Assembly (NCBI GenBank): GCA_964588615.1
Contig: CAZPQE010000001.1
Location: 1 to 42,743, forward strand
Origin: an uncultured Clostridia bacterium
GTDB lineage: Bacteria; Acidobacteriota; Blastocatellia; UBA7656
Direction: 5' to 3'
Length of the DNA: 42,743 bases
In this document: in pieces, positions 8,029-15,827 of the stretch
Layout: each line of letters opens with the position of its first letter
How positions within the stretch are numbered: position 1 is the stretch's first letter
The notes under the pieces: generated by a model
Told to the model about the DNA's origin: nothing
The model's database searches: none
The model's input: the letters and a program-made list of their open reading frames with translations, nothing else
Translations under genes and position numbers: made by a program

Positions 8029-8511
8029 TCATTCCCACATTTCGGGAGGATTCTGAATGGCCATCACCTTTCCGAGGGCGGTCGCGCCGCCGAACGCTTT
8101 GACTATCTGATCGTCCATGCTGTCGGCCACACGAGCTATGGCCGAAACCGACCCGTAAAGCTCTTCTCTGTCCATCGCGTCGGCCAGAATGGTGTGAGTC
8201 AGTATCACCGTGCCCTTGCCGCTTTCGTTTATCGCCAGCCCGAATGCGCCGAGCGTGAGACGCAGATTATAGGTCAGCAGAAAGCGCATCAACTCCGGGG
8301 TCACATCGATATCGATGACGACATAAGAAAAAACTTCTACGCCGGATTTCTTCTCGCCTATCGCGAAGGGGCGCAGGTAGACGAAGGTCGAGCCTTCCTG
8401 AAGTATGAAAGCCTCGTCCATAGTCTTGACGTTGAGTTCGCCGAAAAGCGTGTGAAGATAACCGCGCGTGGTTTCATAAGCCTGTTTGTGAGCATCAGTC
8501 TTGAATTCCAT
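8029..8511 (-). CDS. YbjN-domain (T3SS-chaperone-like fold) protein
   Basis: 160 aa. The pattern VFSYVVIDIDV...LMRFLLTYNLRLTLGAFGL...ILTHTILADAMDREEL...VADSMDDQI...FGG matches my recollection of the YbjN family. Confidence 0.6.
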   Translation of the reverse strand: MEFKTDAHKQAYETTRGYLHTLFGELNVKTMDEAFILQEGSTFVYLRPFAIGEKKSGVEVFSYVVIDIDVTPELMRFLLTYNLRLTLGAFGLAINESGKGTVILTHTILADAMDREELYGSVSAIARVADSMDDQIVKAFGGATALGKVMAIQNPPEMWE

Positions 8512-8580
8512 CGCGCGCTATTTTAGAGCAAATCGGCTCGCGGCTCTAGCTCGCATTTATCAATTCTGTTGCCTGGTCGG

Positions 8581-8955
8581 CTATGTGAAAGGAAGGAAGG
8601 TGATGCGGTCAGCAAATTCATCCTCGCGCGCAGCCAACGCTATGAGGATCAAATCATCAATCGTGCGCGCAAAGCTGAGATCGAGATTGACGATGAATAT
8701 CCCCGGAATATGCCCGCCTGCTCCGAGATGATCTTTGAGATGAACAGGCATCAAACGGCGATTGTTCGTTACGAGCGCGAAACCGCGAGACTCGCACCAG
8801 CGAAGGATTTCAGGATCGAGCGTGCTTCTGGCCGGAGCGTCGGGGTCGCCTATCGCCTATACTTACAGTTCGAGAGATGGCTCGCTTTTCTCCGCCTGTC
8901 GAATCATCTGCGAGCGGTAAGCAAAAGAGATATGCTCATCCAACAGGCACTTCAT
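8581..8955 (-). pseudogene. DUF5615 (Mut7-C/PIN-like) toxin-like gene disrupted by two in-frame stops
   Basis: The minus-strand frame reads MKCLLDEHISFAYRSQMIRQAEKSEPSLEL*V*AIGDPDAPARSTLDPEILRWCESRGFALVTNNRRLMPVHLKDHLGAGGHIPGIFIV.... TAA lies at 8865-8863 and TAG at 8859-8857. There is no frameshift: 375 nt is 125 codons. Confidence 0.65.
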
Positions 8956-9285
8956 TACTTTCAGCGCGTCGGGCTTCGATTGCCGCTCTCACTTCGCGCA
9001 GGCGAACGATGCCTGGCGATGGATTGCGCCCCTGTTCTTGGCGCATCGCTTGTCCCCACTCCAGCCATTGCGCAAGGTGAGCAGACACCGCCTCCCTGTT
9101 GTGAAGGTAGTAAAGGATGGTCGCCTAAACCTGCTCAGGCGTGACTGTGCGAAAACGCTCAACTATTTCTTCGGCGCTGCGGCCGCGATGTATGTGCTCG
9201 TAAAGTATGCTTTCGATGCCAATGCGCGTTCCCTTGAGTCGTTGTCATCGGGGCGTTGAAAGTCGAAGTAGTCTTCAATCTGCAT
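8936..9285 (-). pseudogene. DUF433 antitoxin-like gene disrupted by one frameshift and one in-frame TAG
   Basis: MQIEDYFDFQRPDD, then a frame change near 9240, then LKGTRIGIESILYEHIHRGRSAEEIVERFRTVTPEQV*ATILYYLHNREAV.... The TAG is at 9127-9125. The span is 350 nt, which is not a multiple of 3. It overlaps the DUF5615 start by 20 nt, as intact pairs do. Confidence 0.65.
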
Positions 9286-9331
9286 AGCCGAAATGTAATC
9301 CCTCACTTTTCTGAAGTCAATCACCGCGGCT

Positions 9332-11527
9332 CTACCTGATCTCGACTTTCACCTCGCCGCTTTCGACGCATATCGCAACTTCCGCGCGCGTCCCCGGCTG
9401 ATTATGATGTATGCGCAGGCGTGTGAAAGGTATGACGATGGTCTCCTGCCACAGTCGCTCAAGCTGGGCCAGGCTCTTTCGCTCCGAAGAGAGGCGCTCG
9501 GCGAAGAATCGAGCCAGATCGCAATCAAGATCGATGCGAACCGGCTGCGCCGCTTCGAGCCGCGCTTTGAGCGATTCGAGTCTTTCGGCGATGATTTTTT
9601 CAGTCGCTTCCCTGTCGAGCACCTGGAATTCGACGACCTCATCGATGGTCGCAACCAGCGCGTCGGCCAGTCCCCACCCTGCTCTGGCTTCCCGGCTCAG
9701 TTTGCCCGTAGCCGCGCGTCGCTCTTCTTCATCTTCCGAGCGGGCGGAAAAACCCATCTGCGAGGGTTTGTGATTTTCGCCCGACCGCGAAAGCGACATC
9801 GCAACAGTCGTGTTCGATAGTGAAATCCTGCGGCCCTCGGCGTCGGTGAACCTTCCTAGCTCGAACGCTTCGCCGAGGAACTGTTGGATCACCGGGTGCG
9901 CCAGATCGACGTTGCGGAAATAGAGCACCGCATGAGGATTGTCCTCGGCGGCTTTCGTCAACAACCCGCTGCGGTCACCATAGCCGATATAACCGGGTTC
10001 TGCGCCCACAAGGCGCGACATCGAATGCGCTTCGGTGAACTGGCTCATGTCGAAATCGATCATCTTCTGCGCCGAGCCATAAAGAAACTTCGCAAGAGCG
10101 GTGGCCATCTCATGTTTGCCCACGCCTTCGGGGCCGGCGAAGAGAAACACTCCGTCGGGCTGTTCGGGGCGAAGCTCAAGGCCGAGTTTGGCTATGCGAA
10201 CGACACGGGCGACATCGCGGGCGGCGCGCGCTTGGCCGGGGACAGCCGCTCTCAAAACCTCTTCGAGCCGTTCAAGCCTTTCCGCCGGGTCTTCGTCCAT
10301 GATTTCGAGCGGAAGTCCGGTGGTTTCAGAAAGCGTTTCGGTCACGCACTCGCGGGTCAGGCGATCAAGCCCGGCAAGAGTGGCTTTGGCCGCAGCCTTG
10401 TCCATCAGGTCGTATGCCTTGTCGGGAAAGCTGCGCGAGTGCATGTATCGGTCGGTCATATCGATTATGAGGGTTATCACTTCGTCATCGATCTTCACCG
10501 CGTGATAAGACTCGAAGGCGCTGCGCGATTCCGAAAGTATGCGACGGGTTTCGTCAATCGAAGGCTCTTCGATGGTGATGGTGCTGAAGCGGCGGGCGAG
10601 GGCTTCATCGCGCGCTATGTGCTTGAAGTATTCGGCAAGCGTGGTCGCGCCGATGCAGGTGATCTCGCCGCGCGAAAGAGAAGACTTCAGCAAATTGGCG
10701 ACATCGCCCACTCCTCCCGCGCCCCCCGCGCCGAGAAGCGTGTGTATCTCATCGAAGAACAGAATGATGTCTCCGGCGCGGCGCACTTCTTCGAGCAGGC
10801 TCTTGAGACGCTCTTCGATATCGCCCGAAAACTTCGCGTCAGCCAGCAATCGCAGCCGCGACACTTCCAGAATCCTTCTGCCGCGCAATCGCTGCGGAAC
10901 CTCTCCGCGGCAGAGTCGGACGGCGACGGCTGACACGAGCGCGGTTTTTCCTACTCCGGGCTTGCCTATGAGAAGGGGGTTGTTCTTGAGCTTGCGACAG
11001 AGGGTTTCGAGAACGGCGGTGATTTCTCTCTCACGTCCGATGAACGGGTGAACCGAGGCCGAAAGCGCCTCTTCGGCCATGTCGGAGCAGAAATCCCCCA
11101 GTGCGCCTGCAAGAGGACGGGGTTGCGCCGGTTGAGGCGAAGCAGTCGTCTGCGTCGATTCCTGACTGCTGCCGAGAGATTCTGCAATCAGCCTTTGAGC
11201 CATTGCCGCCTGCAGCAGATGAGAAGGCGAGACGAAGGCCAGCCCTTCTTCCTGCGCGAGCCGGGCTGCCTCGGCAAGCGCCGACTGAGTTTCTTTCGAA
11301 ATGGTGATCGATTGTGCGGGCAGCGGGTAGCGACGAGCGAGAGCCTCTTTTGCCGACTGGAACAATTGGCCGCGCGAGTCCGACAGGTCGGAAGCGATCT
11401 CAAGAACAGAGACCAGCAGATGCAGAGGCGAGAGCACGCCGCCGTTTTGCCGCGCGAGTTGACGGGCGCGGTTGAACGCCAGCAGCGACTGGGAGTCGAG
11501 CAGGTTGAGGAGTTCTTCTTTCTGCAT
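9332..11527 (-). CDS. ClpA/ClpC-family AAA+ protein with intact D1 and degenerate (likely ATPase-dead) D2
   Basis: Two Clp_N repeats. D1 has Walker A GKPGVGKT and Walker B ILFFDEIH. D2 aligns with Clp D2 (GAEPGYIGY, AHP), but Walker A is GPEGVGKH and Walker B is LYFRNVDLAH in place of LLDEIEKAH. There is no ClpB-type long middle domain (731 aa). Confidence 0.85.
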   Translation of the reverse strand: MQKEELLNLLDSQSLLAFNRARQLARQNGGVLSPLHLLVSVLEIASDLSDSRGQLFQSAKEALARRYPLPAQSITISKETQSALAEAARLAQEEGLAFVSPSHLLQAAMAQRLIAESLGSSQESTQTTASPQPAQPRPLAGALGDFCSDMAEEALSASVHPFIGREREITAVLETLCRKLKNNPLLIGKPGVGKTALVSAVAVRLCRGEVPQRLRGRRILEVSRLRLLADAKFSGDIEERLKSLLEEVRRAGDIILFFDEIHTLLGAGGAGGVGDVANLLKSSLSRGEITCIGATTLAEYFKHIARDEALARRFSTITIEEPSIDETRRILSESRSAFESYHAVKIDDEVITLIIDMTDRYMHSRSFPDKAYDLMDKAAAKATLAGLDRLTRECVTETLSETTGLPLEIMDEDPAERLERLEEVLRAAVPGQARAARDVARVVRIAKLGLELRPEQPDGVFLFAGPEGVGKHEMATALAKFLYGSAQKMIDFDMSQFTEAHSMSRLVGAEPGYIGYGDRSGLLTKAAEDNPHAVLYFRNVDLAHPVIQQFLGEAFELGRFTDAEGRRISLSNTTVAMSLSRSGENHKPSQMGFSARSEDEEERRAATGKLSREARAGWGLADALVATIDEVVEFQVLDREATEKIIAERLESLKARLEAAQPVRIDLDCDLARFFAERLSSERKSLAQLERLWQETIVIPFTRLRIHHNQPGTRAEVAICVESGEVKVEIR

Positions 11528-11583
11528 TATCGGCGTATCCGAGTCAAAGCCTATATCGCAGATTGAAGAGGGTCAATAGCTGG

Positions 11584-12012
11584 TCATTGAATCGTTTCCG
11601 AAGAGGCGACCGCCTGCGGCGCGTTGATATCGGAGACAGTGAGCAATTGCTCGGAGAACAGGTTCGAGTTGACCAGAGTCTGGACGAGGTAATTGCCCGC
11701 AGCGGGGAAAGAAATGTTGGCGAATATGGTCACGTTGTCGGCAAATCCGTTGGCCGGTATCTGGAACGGAGAGGGAGGCGAGACGGCGACCGGATGAGCG
11801 CGGTCAGGGGTCAGTATGCGAACTTCCGAAAGGTACTGACCCTGGCCCGACCAGTGATTGAGCACCACGAACTTGAGCATCGTCACCGGCAGTTGCGGAA
11901 CCTGTATCGAATAAAACACTCCCATCAGACTGAGCTTGTGATCGATTTCGAGACGAATGTCTTCGCAAAGTATCGTGTAATGAAGTCGCAGATTCGATGG
12001 TTGAGATGACAT
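11584..12012 (-). CDS. Hypothetical 142-aa protein, upstream partner of the Clp-like gene
   Basis: Clean ORF 56 nt upstream of the Clp-like gene on the same strand, with a GAGG Shine-Dalgarno. The beta-rich pattern (CEDIRLEIDHKLSLMGVF...) resembles a DUF family I cannot name with confidence. It does not resemble ClpS. Confidence 0.6.
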   Translation of the reverse strand: MSSQPSNLRLHYTILCEDIRLEIDHKLSLMGVFYSIQVPQLPVTMLKFVVLNHWSGQGQYLSEVRILTPDRAHPVAVSPPSPFQIPANGFADNVTIFANISFPAAGNYLVQTLVNSNLFSEQLLTVSDINAPQAVASSETIQ

Positions 12013-12282
12013 CGCCTCAATATCTCACACCGACAGCAGTCGTTCAAGGCAGGCTTTTCGTGTTCTACCAATCAGATTGAGACGATAGGGGCGGATTTGG
12101 GATTCTGAGGGTGTGGAAAACCCAAACCAGAAATACTGGATGACGGGCGGAACCGGGGCCGCGCCTTCGAGGAAAGAAGAATGCCGGTCGAAGAGAAAGC
12201 CGATGATGACCAGCTTGCAGCGGTCGTTTTTCAGGATCGTCTCAGAGCGCCGGTCTGCGCCACGCGCTGTGAACCATCGCTT

Positions 12283-12311
12283 TTGCATTTTCCCGCTTCG
12301 GTCTCTACAAT
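12283..12311 (+). promoter_or_regulatory. Candidate sigma-70-type promoter for the Ubl-E1 fusion gene
   Basis: TTGCAT (12283-12288), a 17-nt spacer, then TACAAT (12306-12311). It lies about 45 nt upstream of the ATG at 12358. Confidence 0.35.
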
Positions 12312-12357
12312 CATCCACAGGCGAGCCCCAAATCCTAAAAACCCGGAGTATTTTTCA

Positions 12358-13797
12358 ATGGCTGTGCATATTTTGATTCCGACTGCCCTGAGGAATCTGA
12401 CAGGCGGGAGCGATCAGATCGAAGTCGCCGCCGAAACTATCGACGGGGCGCTCGACGCTCTCGTCACCGATCATCCTCAACTCAAAAAACACCTCTACAA
12501 CGAGCAGGGCCAGCTTCGCAACTTTGTCAACCTCTACCTCAACGACGAAGACATCCGCTACATCGAGCGCGCAACGCCTCTAAAAGACGGCGACACTTTG
12601 AGCATCGTGCCTTCGATAGCCGGCGGCTCTGCCGACGTGGAAGACCAGGCCGGAGTAGAACTCTCTTCGGACGAAATCCTCAGATACAGCCGCCATCTCA
12701 TCATGCCCGAAGTCGCCCTCGAAGGTCAGAAGAAACTCAAATCGGCGCGCGTCCTGTGCATAGGCGCGGGAGGGCTCGGCTCTCCGCTCGTGATGTACCT
12801 GGCGGCGGCAGGCATAGGCCGTCTCGGACTCGTCGATTTCGACGTAGTTGATTTTACTAATCTTCAAAGACAGATCATTCATTCGACTTCCAGCGTGGGC
12901 CGCCCTAAGCTTGAGTCGGCCCGCGAGCGCATAGCGGAGATCAATCCGTTCGTCGAAGTCGATAGCCACGAAGTCGCTCTCACTTCAGAAAACGCCTTAG
13001 ATTTATTCCGCGATTACGACATCATCGTCGATGGCACAGATAATTTTCCGACCCGCTACCTGGTAAACGATGCCTGCGTGCTTACGGGCAAGCCCAACGT
13101 GTATGGGTCGATCTTCCGCTTCGAGGGGCAGGCGACTGTTTTTTATGCGAAAGAAGGCCCGTGCTATCGATGCCTCTATCCTGAGCCTCCGCCTCCGGGA
13201 CTCGTGCCAAGCTGCGCCGAAGGCGGCGTGCTCGGCGTGCTTCCGGGAGTGATAGGAGTCATTCAGGCCATCGAGACCGTAAAACTCATACTCGGCAATG
13301 GCGACCCGTTGATCGGGCGGCTGGTGCTGTTTGACGCGCTCAAGATGAAGTTCCGCGAACTCAAGCTTCGCAAAAATCCCGCCTGCCCTGTGTGCGGCGA
13401 GAACCCTTCGATCCGGGAACTGATCGATTATGAAGAATTCTGCGGCGTCACTCATCAACCGCAGGTCAGCGTGGGAGCGGATTTCGAAATCACTCCGCTC
13501 GAACTCAAAGCGAAGATCGACAGCCATGACCCGTTCGTCCTGATCGATGTGCGTGAGCCTGAAGAGTACGCCATCTGTCGCATACCCGGATCGAGATTGA
13601 TCCCTCGCGCGACCCTGCCCGAACGAGTGCATGAGCTTTCGAGCGCCGACGAAATAATAGTTCACTGCAAGAGCGGAGTCCGCAGCGGCATGGCCGTAGA
13701 TTTCCTCAAGCAGGCGGGCTATCGCAAAGTGAAGAACCTGGTCGGCGGAATACTTCGCTGGTCGGATGATGTCGACCCGACTGTTCCCAAATATTAG
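12358..13797 (+). CDS. Fusion protein: CysO/MoaD-like ubiquitin-fold sulfur carrier + MoeZ/MoeB-type E1 adenylyltransferase + C-terminal rhodanese
   Basis: The N-terminal 91 aa (MAVHILIPTALRNLTGG...FVNLYLNDEDIRY...SIVPSIAGG) closely resemble CysO/MoaD and end in GG. Next come a linker, then YSRHL...GAGGLGSP...CYRCLYPEPPPP...CAEGGVLG (ThiF/MoeB), then a rhodanese domain with HCKSGVRS. I chose the start at 12358 over the ORF-track start at 12181. Confidence 0.85.
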   Translation: MAVHILIPTALRNLTGGSDQIEVAAETIDGALDALVTDHPQLKKHLYNEQGQLRNFVNLYLNDEDIRYIERATPLKDGDTLSIVPSIAGGSADVEDQAGVELSSDEILRYSRHLIMPEVALEGQKKLKSARVLCIGAGGLGSPLVMYLAAAGIGRLGLVDFDVVDFTNLQRQIIHSTSSVGRPKLESARERIAEINPFVEVDSHEVALTSENALDLFRDYDIIVDGTDNFPTRYLVNDACVLTGKPNVYGSIFRFEGQATVFYAKEGPCYRCLYPEPPPPGLVPSCAEGGVLGVLPGVIGVIQAIETVKLILGNGDPLIGRLVLFDALKMKFRELKLRKNPACPVCGENPSIRELIDYEEFCGVTHQPQVSVGADFEITPLELKAKIDSHDPFVLIDVREPEEYAICRIPGSRLIPRATLPERVHELSSADEIIVHCKSGVRSGMAVDFLKQAGYRKVKNLVGGILRWSDDVDPTVPKY

Positions 13798-13860
13798 TCC
13801 TTTGTCCGTCGTCTGTTGTTAAGCAAGCGGTCGAACCACTGACAACTGACAAAGGACTAA
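13794..13860. repeat. 13-bp inverted repeat TTAGTCCTTTGTC / GACAAAGGACTAA (41-nt spacer) spanning the stop codon of the E1 fusion gene
   Basis: Read directly from the sequence. The left arm contains the TAG stop at 13795-13797. Confidence 0.7.
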
Positions 13861-13879
13861 TGACAAATGATAAATGACA
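13838..13879. repeat. Imperfect heptanucleotide tandem repeat (ACTGACA ACTGACA AAGGACT AATGACA AATGATA AATGACA)
   Basis: Six 7-nt units. The last unit contains the ATG (13874) of the GlcD-like gene. A related tract lies at 35235-35262. Confidence 0.75.
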
Positions 13880-15355
13880 AAACCCGAACAGAGCTTGCCC
13901 GAGGCGGTCGTCGTCGCGCTCAAAGCGGCCATAGGCCAGAGTAACGTGCTGACGACTCGCGATGAGCTTGTGGCTTTCGAGTCTGACGCGCTCACGCTTC
14001 ATAAAAGCATTCCATCGGCTGTCGTCATCCCCCGCAGCGCGGAAGAAGTCGCTTCCATAGTGAAGATTCTCTCTGATGCCGGGATTCCGTTCGCGCCACG
14101 CGGGGCTGGCACTGGCATTTCAGGCGGCGCAGTCTCGCTTCAGGGCGCGGTCATCATCGAGATGGCCCGTCTCAATCGAATACTCGAAATCGATTATGAG
14201 AATCGCCTCGCGGTCGTCGAACCCGGCCTCATCAATGTTCAGTTGTCGCAGGCAACCTCTCCTTCAGGTTTTCATTACGCGCCGGACCCGTCGAGTCAGA
14301 TGGCCTGCACCATCGGAGGCAACGTGGCTGAAAATTCCGGCGGCCCGCACTGCCTCAAATACGGCATGACGACCAATCACGTGCTGGGAGTGGAGGTCGT
14401 TTTGCCGACGGGCGAAATAGTCACGCTCGGCGGAAGCGGAATCGATGCGCCGGGCTACGATCTGCTCGGCTTGTTCGTGGGATCGGAAGGCACTTTCGGC
14501 ATCGTCACTCAAGCGACGCTCAAACTCACCCGCCTTCCGCAGTCAATCAAGACGCTGCTCGCCGAGTTTATGACCGTCCGGGATGCCAGCCGCTCGGTGA
14601 GCGAGATAATCGCCGCAGGCATTCTTCCTGCCGCGCTTGAGATGATCGACCGATTGACTATCGAAGCGATTGAGAATTCCGTCTTCGCCGGAGGGTTCCC
14701 GACCGATGTGGCCGCGTTGTTGATAGTCGAAGTCGACGGGCTTGCCGCAGGAATTGAGCGCGACTCGGAGCGCGCTGTGGAGATATGTTTGCGCAACAAC
14801 GCTCGCGCCGTCCGCGTCGCAAAAGACGAGGCGGAGCGCATGAAACTATGGGCTGCGCGCAAGCGGGCATTCGGGGCGATGGGAAGGATCAAGGCGGATT
14901 TGATGGTGCAGGACGCAGTGATTCCGCGCTCTCGATTGCCTGAAGTGCTCGACGAAATCTACGCCATAGCCGAGCGTCACCAACTTACGGTCGCCAATGT
15001 TTTTCATGCGGGCGACGGGAACCTTCATCCGAACATTAGCTTCGACGGGAGAGACCCGGATCAGGTCGAAAGAGTTGAAGCGGCTTCGAAAGAGATAATG
15101 CAACTGTGTGTGAGCGTGGGAGGCTCGATCACCGGCGAGCACGGGGTGGGGATGGACAAGATAGAATCGATGCGATTGATATTTTCCGAGAATGATCTCG
15201 AAAGAATGCTGAAGGTGAAAGAGGTCTTCAATCCCGCGGGGCTTTGCAATCCGGGCAAGGTCTTGCCGACGACCAAAACCTGCCGCTACTGCGGATTCGG
15301 GATGGAGGATTTCCGGCATAAGAAGATCGGACCGCATGGTATTATCACCGGATGA
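13874..15355 (+). CDS. FAD-linked oxidase (GlcD / D-lactate dehydrogenase family)
   Basis: 493 aa. PCMH-type FAD-binding domain (VVIPRSAEEV...PRGAGTGISGGAV) plus the FAD-oxidase C-terminal domain (GDGNLHPN...GEHGVG). Confidence 0.85.
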   Translation: MTKPEQSLPEAVVVALKAAIGQSNVLTTRDELVAFESDALTLHKSIPSAVVIPRSAEEVASIVKILSDAGIPFAPRGAGTGISGGAVSLQGAVIIEMARLNRILEIDYENRLAVVEPGLINVQLSQATSPSGFHYAPDPSSQMACTIGGNVAENSGGPHCLKYGMTTNHVLGVEVVLPTGEIVTLGGSGIDAPGYDLLGLFVGSEGTFGIVTQATLKLTRLPQSIKTLLAEFMTVRDASRSVSEIIAAGILPAALEMIDRLTIEAIENSVFAGGFPTDVAALLIVEVDGLAAGIERDSERAVEICLRNNARAVRVAKDEAERMKLWAARKRAFGAMGRIKADLMVQDAVIPRSRLPEVLDEIYAIAERHQLTVANVFHAGDGNLHPNISFDGRDPDQVERVEAASKEIMQLCVSVGGSITGEHGVGMDKIESMRLIFSENDLERMLKVKEVFNPAGLCNPGKVLPTTKTCRYCGFGMEDFRHKKIGPHGIITG

Positions 15356-15368
15356 GAAGGAGGCGTTT

Positions 15369-15827
15369 ATGAGCGCGAGAACCGACCTGTCAGGCTATTC
15401 ATCAGACAACAGATTGCTTCTGGCTGTCGAAGTGAAATCGAAACGCGGCGCATCTCCCGAATGGGCTATGCAGTTTCGTGGCAACCTGCTGTCTCACTCT
15501 TTTCTGCCTGACACCCCATACTTTCTGATGGCGACCCCTGACGTATTTTTTTTGTGGAAGAATGCGGCGTCTGCCGCCCCTGACGCGCTGCCCGACTACA
15601 CGCTCGATGCGAAAGAGGCGTTGGGGTCGCTCATCGATAGAGCTTCTCTTTCGCTCGAAACCATCAGCAAGCAGGGGCTTGAGTTTCTGATCGCCACCTG
15701 GTTGCAGGACTTGATACTCTCTGACCTTTCAACAGAAACGGCTCCTCCTCGTTTGCGGTGGCTTTTTGAATCGGGATTGTATGACGCCTTGAAAAACGGG
15801 CTGGTTCTTCTGGGAGAGGCAGCGTGA
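15369..15827 (+). CDS. Hypothetical protein with PD-(D/E)xK (HsdR-N-like) nuclease-fold signature
   Basis: AAGGAGG Shine-Dalgarno 7 nt upstream of the ATG at 15369. The motif SSDNRLLLAVEVKSK...WAMQFRGN...YFLMATPDVFFLWK fits a D...ExK...Q pattern as in restriction-endonuclease-like domains. Confidence 0.55.
   Translation: MSARTDLSGYSSDNRLLLAVEVKSKRGASPEWAMQFRGNLLSHSFLPDTPYFLMATPDVFFLWKNAASAAPDALPDYTLDAKEALGSLIDRASLSLETISKQGLEFLIATWLQDLILSDLSTETAPPRLRWLFESGLYDALKNGLVLLGEAA

Noticed and set aside
8857-9127. In-frame TAA/TAG codons read as evidence of stop-codon reassignment or programmed read-through
   Set aside because: All confidently called genes in the window terminate normally at TAA, TAG or TGA. 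The neighbouring DUF433 also carries a frameshift. Ordinary pseudogenisation explains this more simply.
8569-9144. 191-aa plus-strand ORF, the longest ORF offered for this region
   Set aside because: Its composition is Arg/Ala/Leu-rich with no recognisable family. The opposite strand translates into clearly recognisable, though disrupted, DUF433 and DUF5615 proteins, so this ORF is an antisense shadow of the pseudogene pair.
9884-10933. 349-aa plus-strand ORF, plus 10101-10505 and 10539-11051
   Set aside because: These ORFs are antisense to the Clp-like AAA+ gene, whose Walker motifs and Clp_N repeats leave no doubt about the coding strand.
12013-12357. Moco or other riboswitch upstream of the MoaD/MoeB-like fusion gene
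   Set aside because: I could not recognise the conserved Moco-motif elements by eye. Only a promoter-like TTGCAT-17-TACAAT is evident. An Infernal scan would be needed before making a claim.
12181-12357. 59-aa N-terminal extension of the E1 fusion gene (ORF-track start at 12181)
   Set aside because: The extension is not MoaD-like and would overlap the promoter-like element. The beta-grasp domain begins exactly at the Met at 12358 (MAVHILIPT), as in CysO/MoaD proteins.
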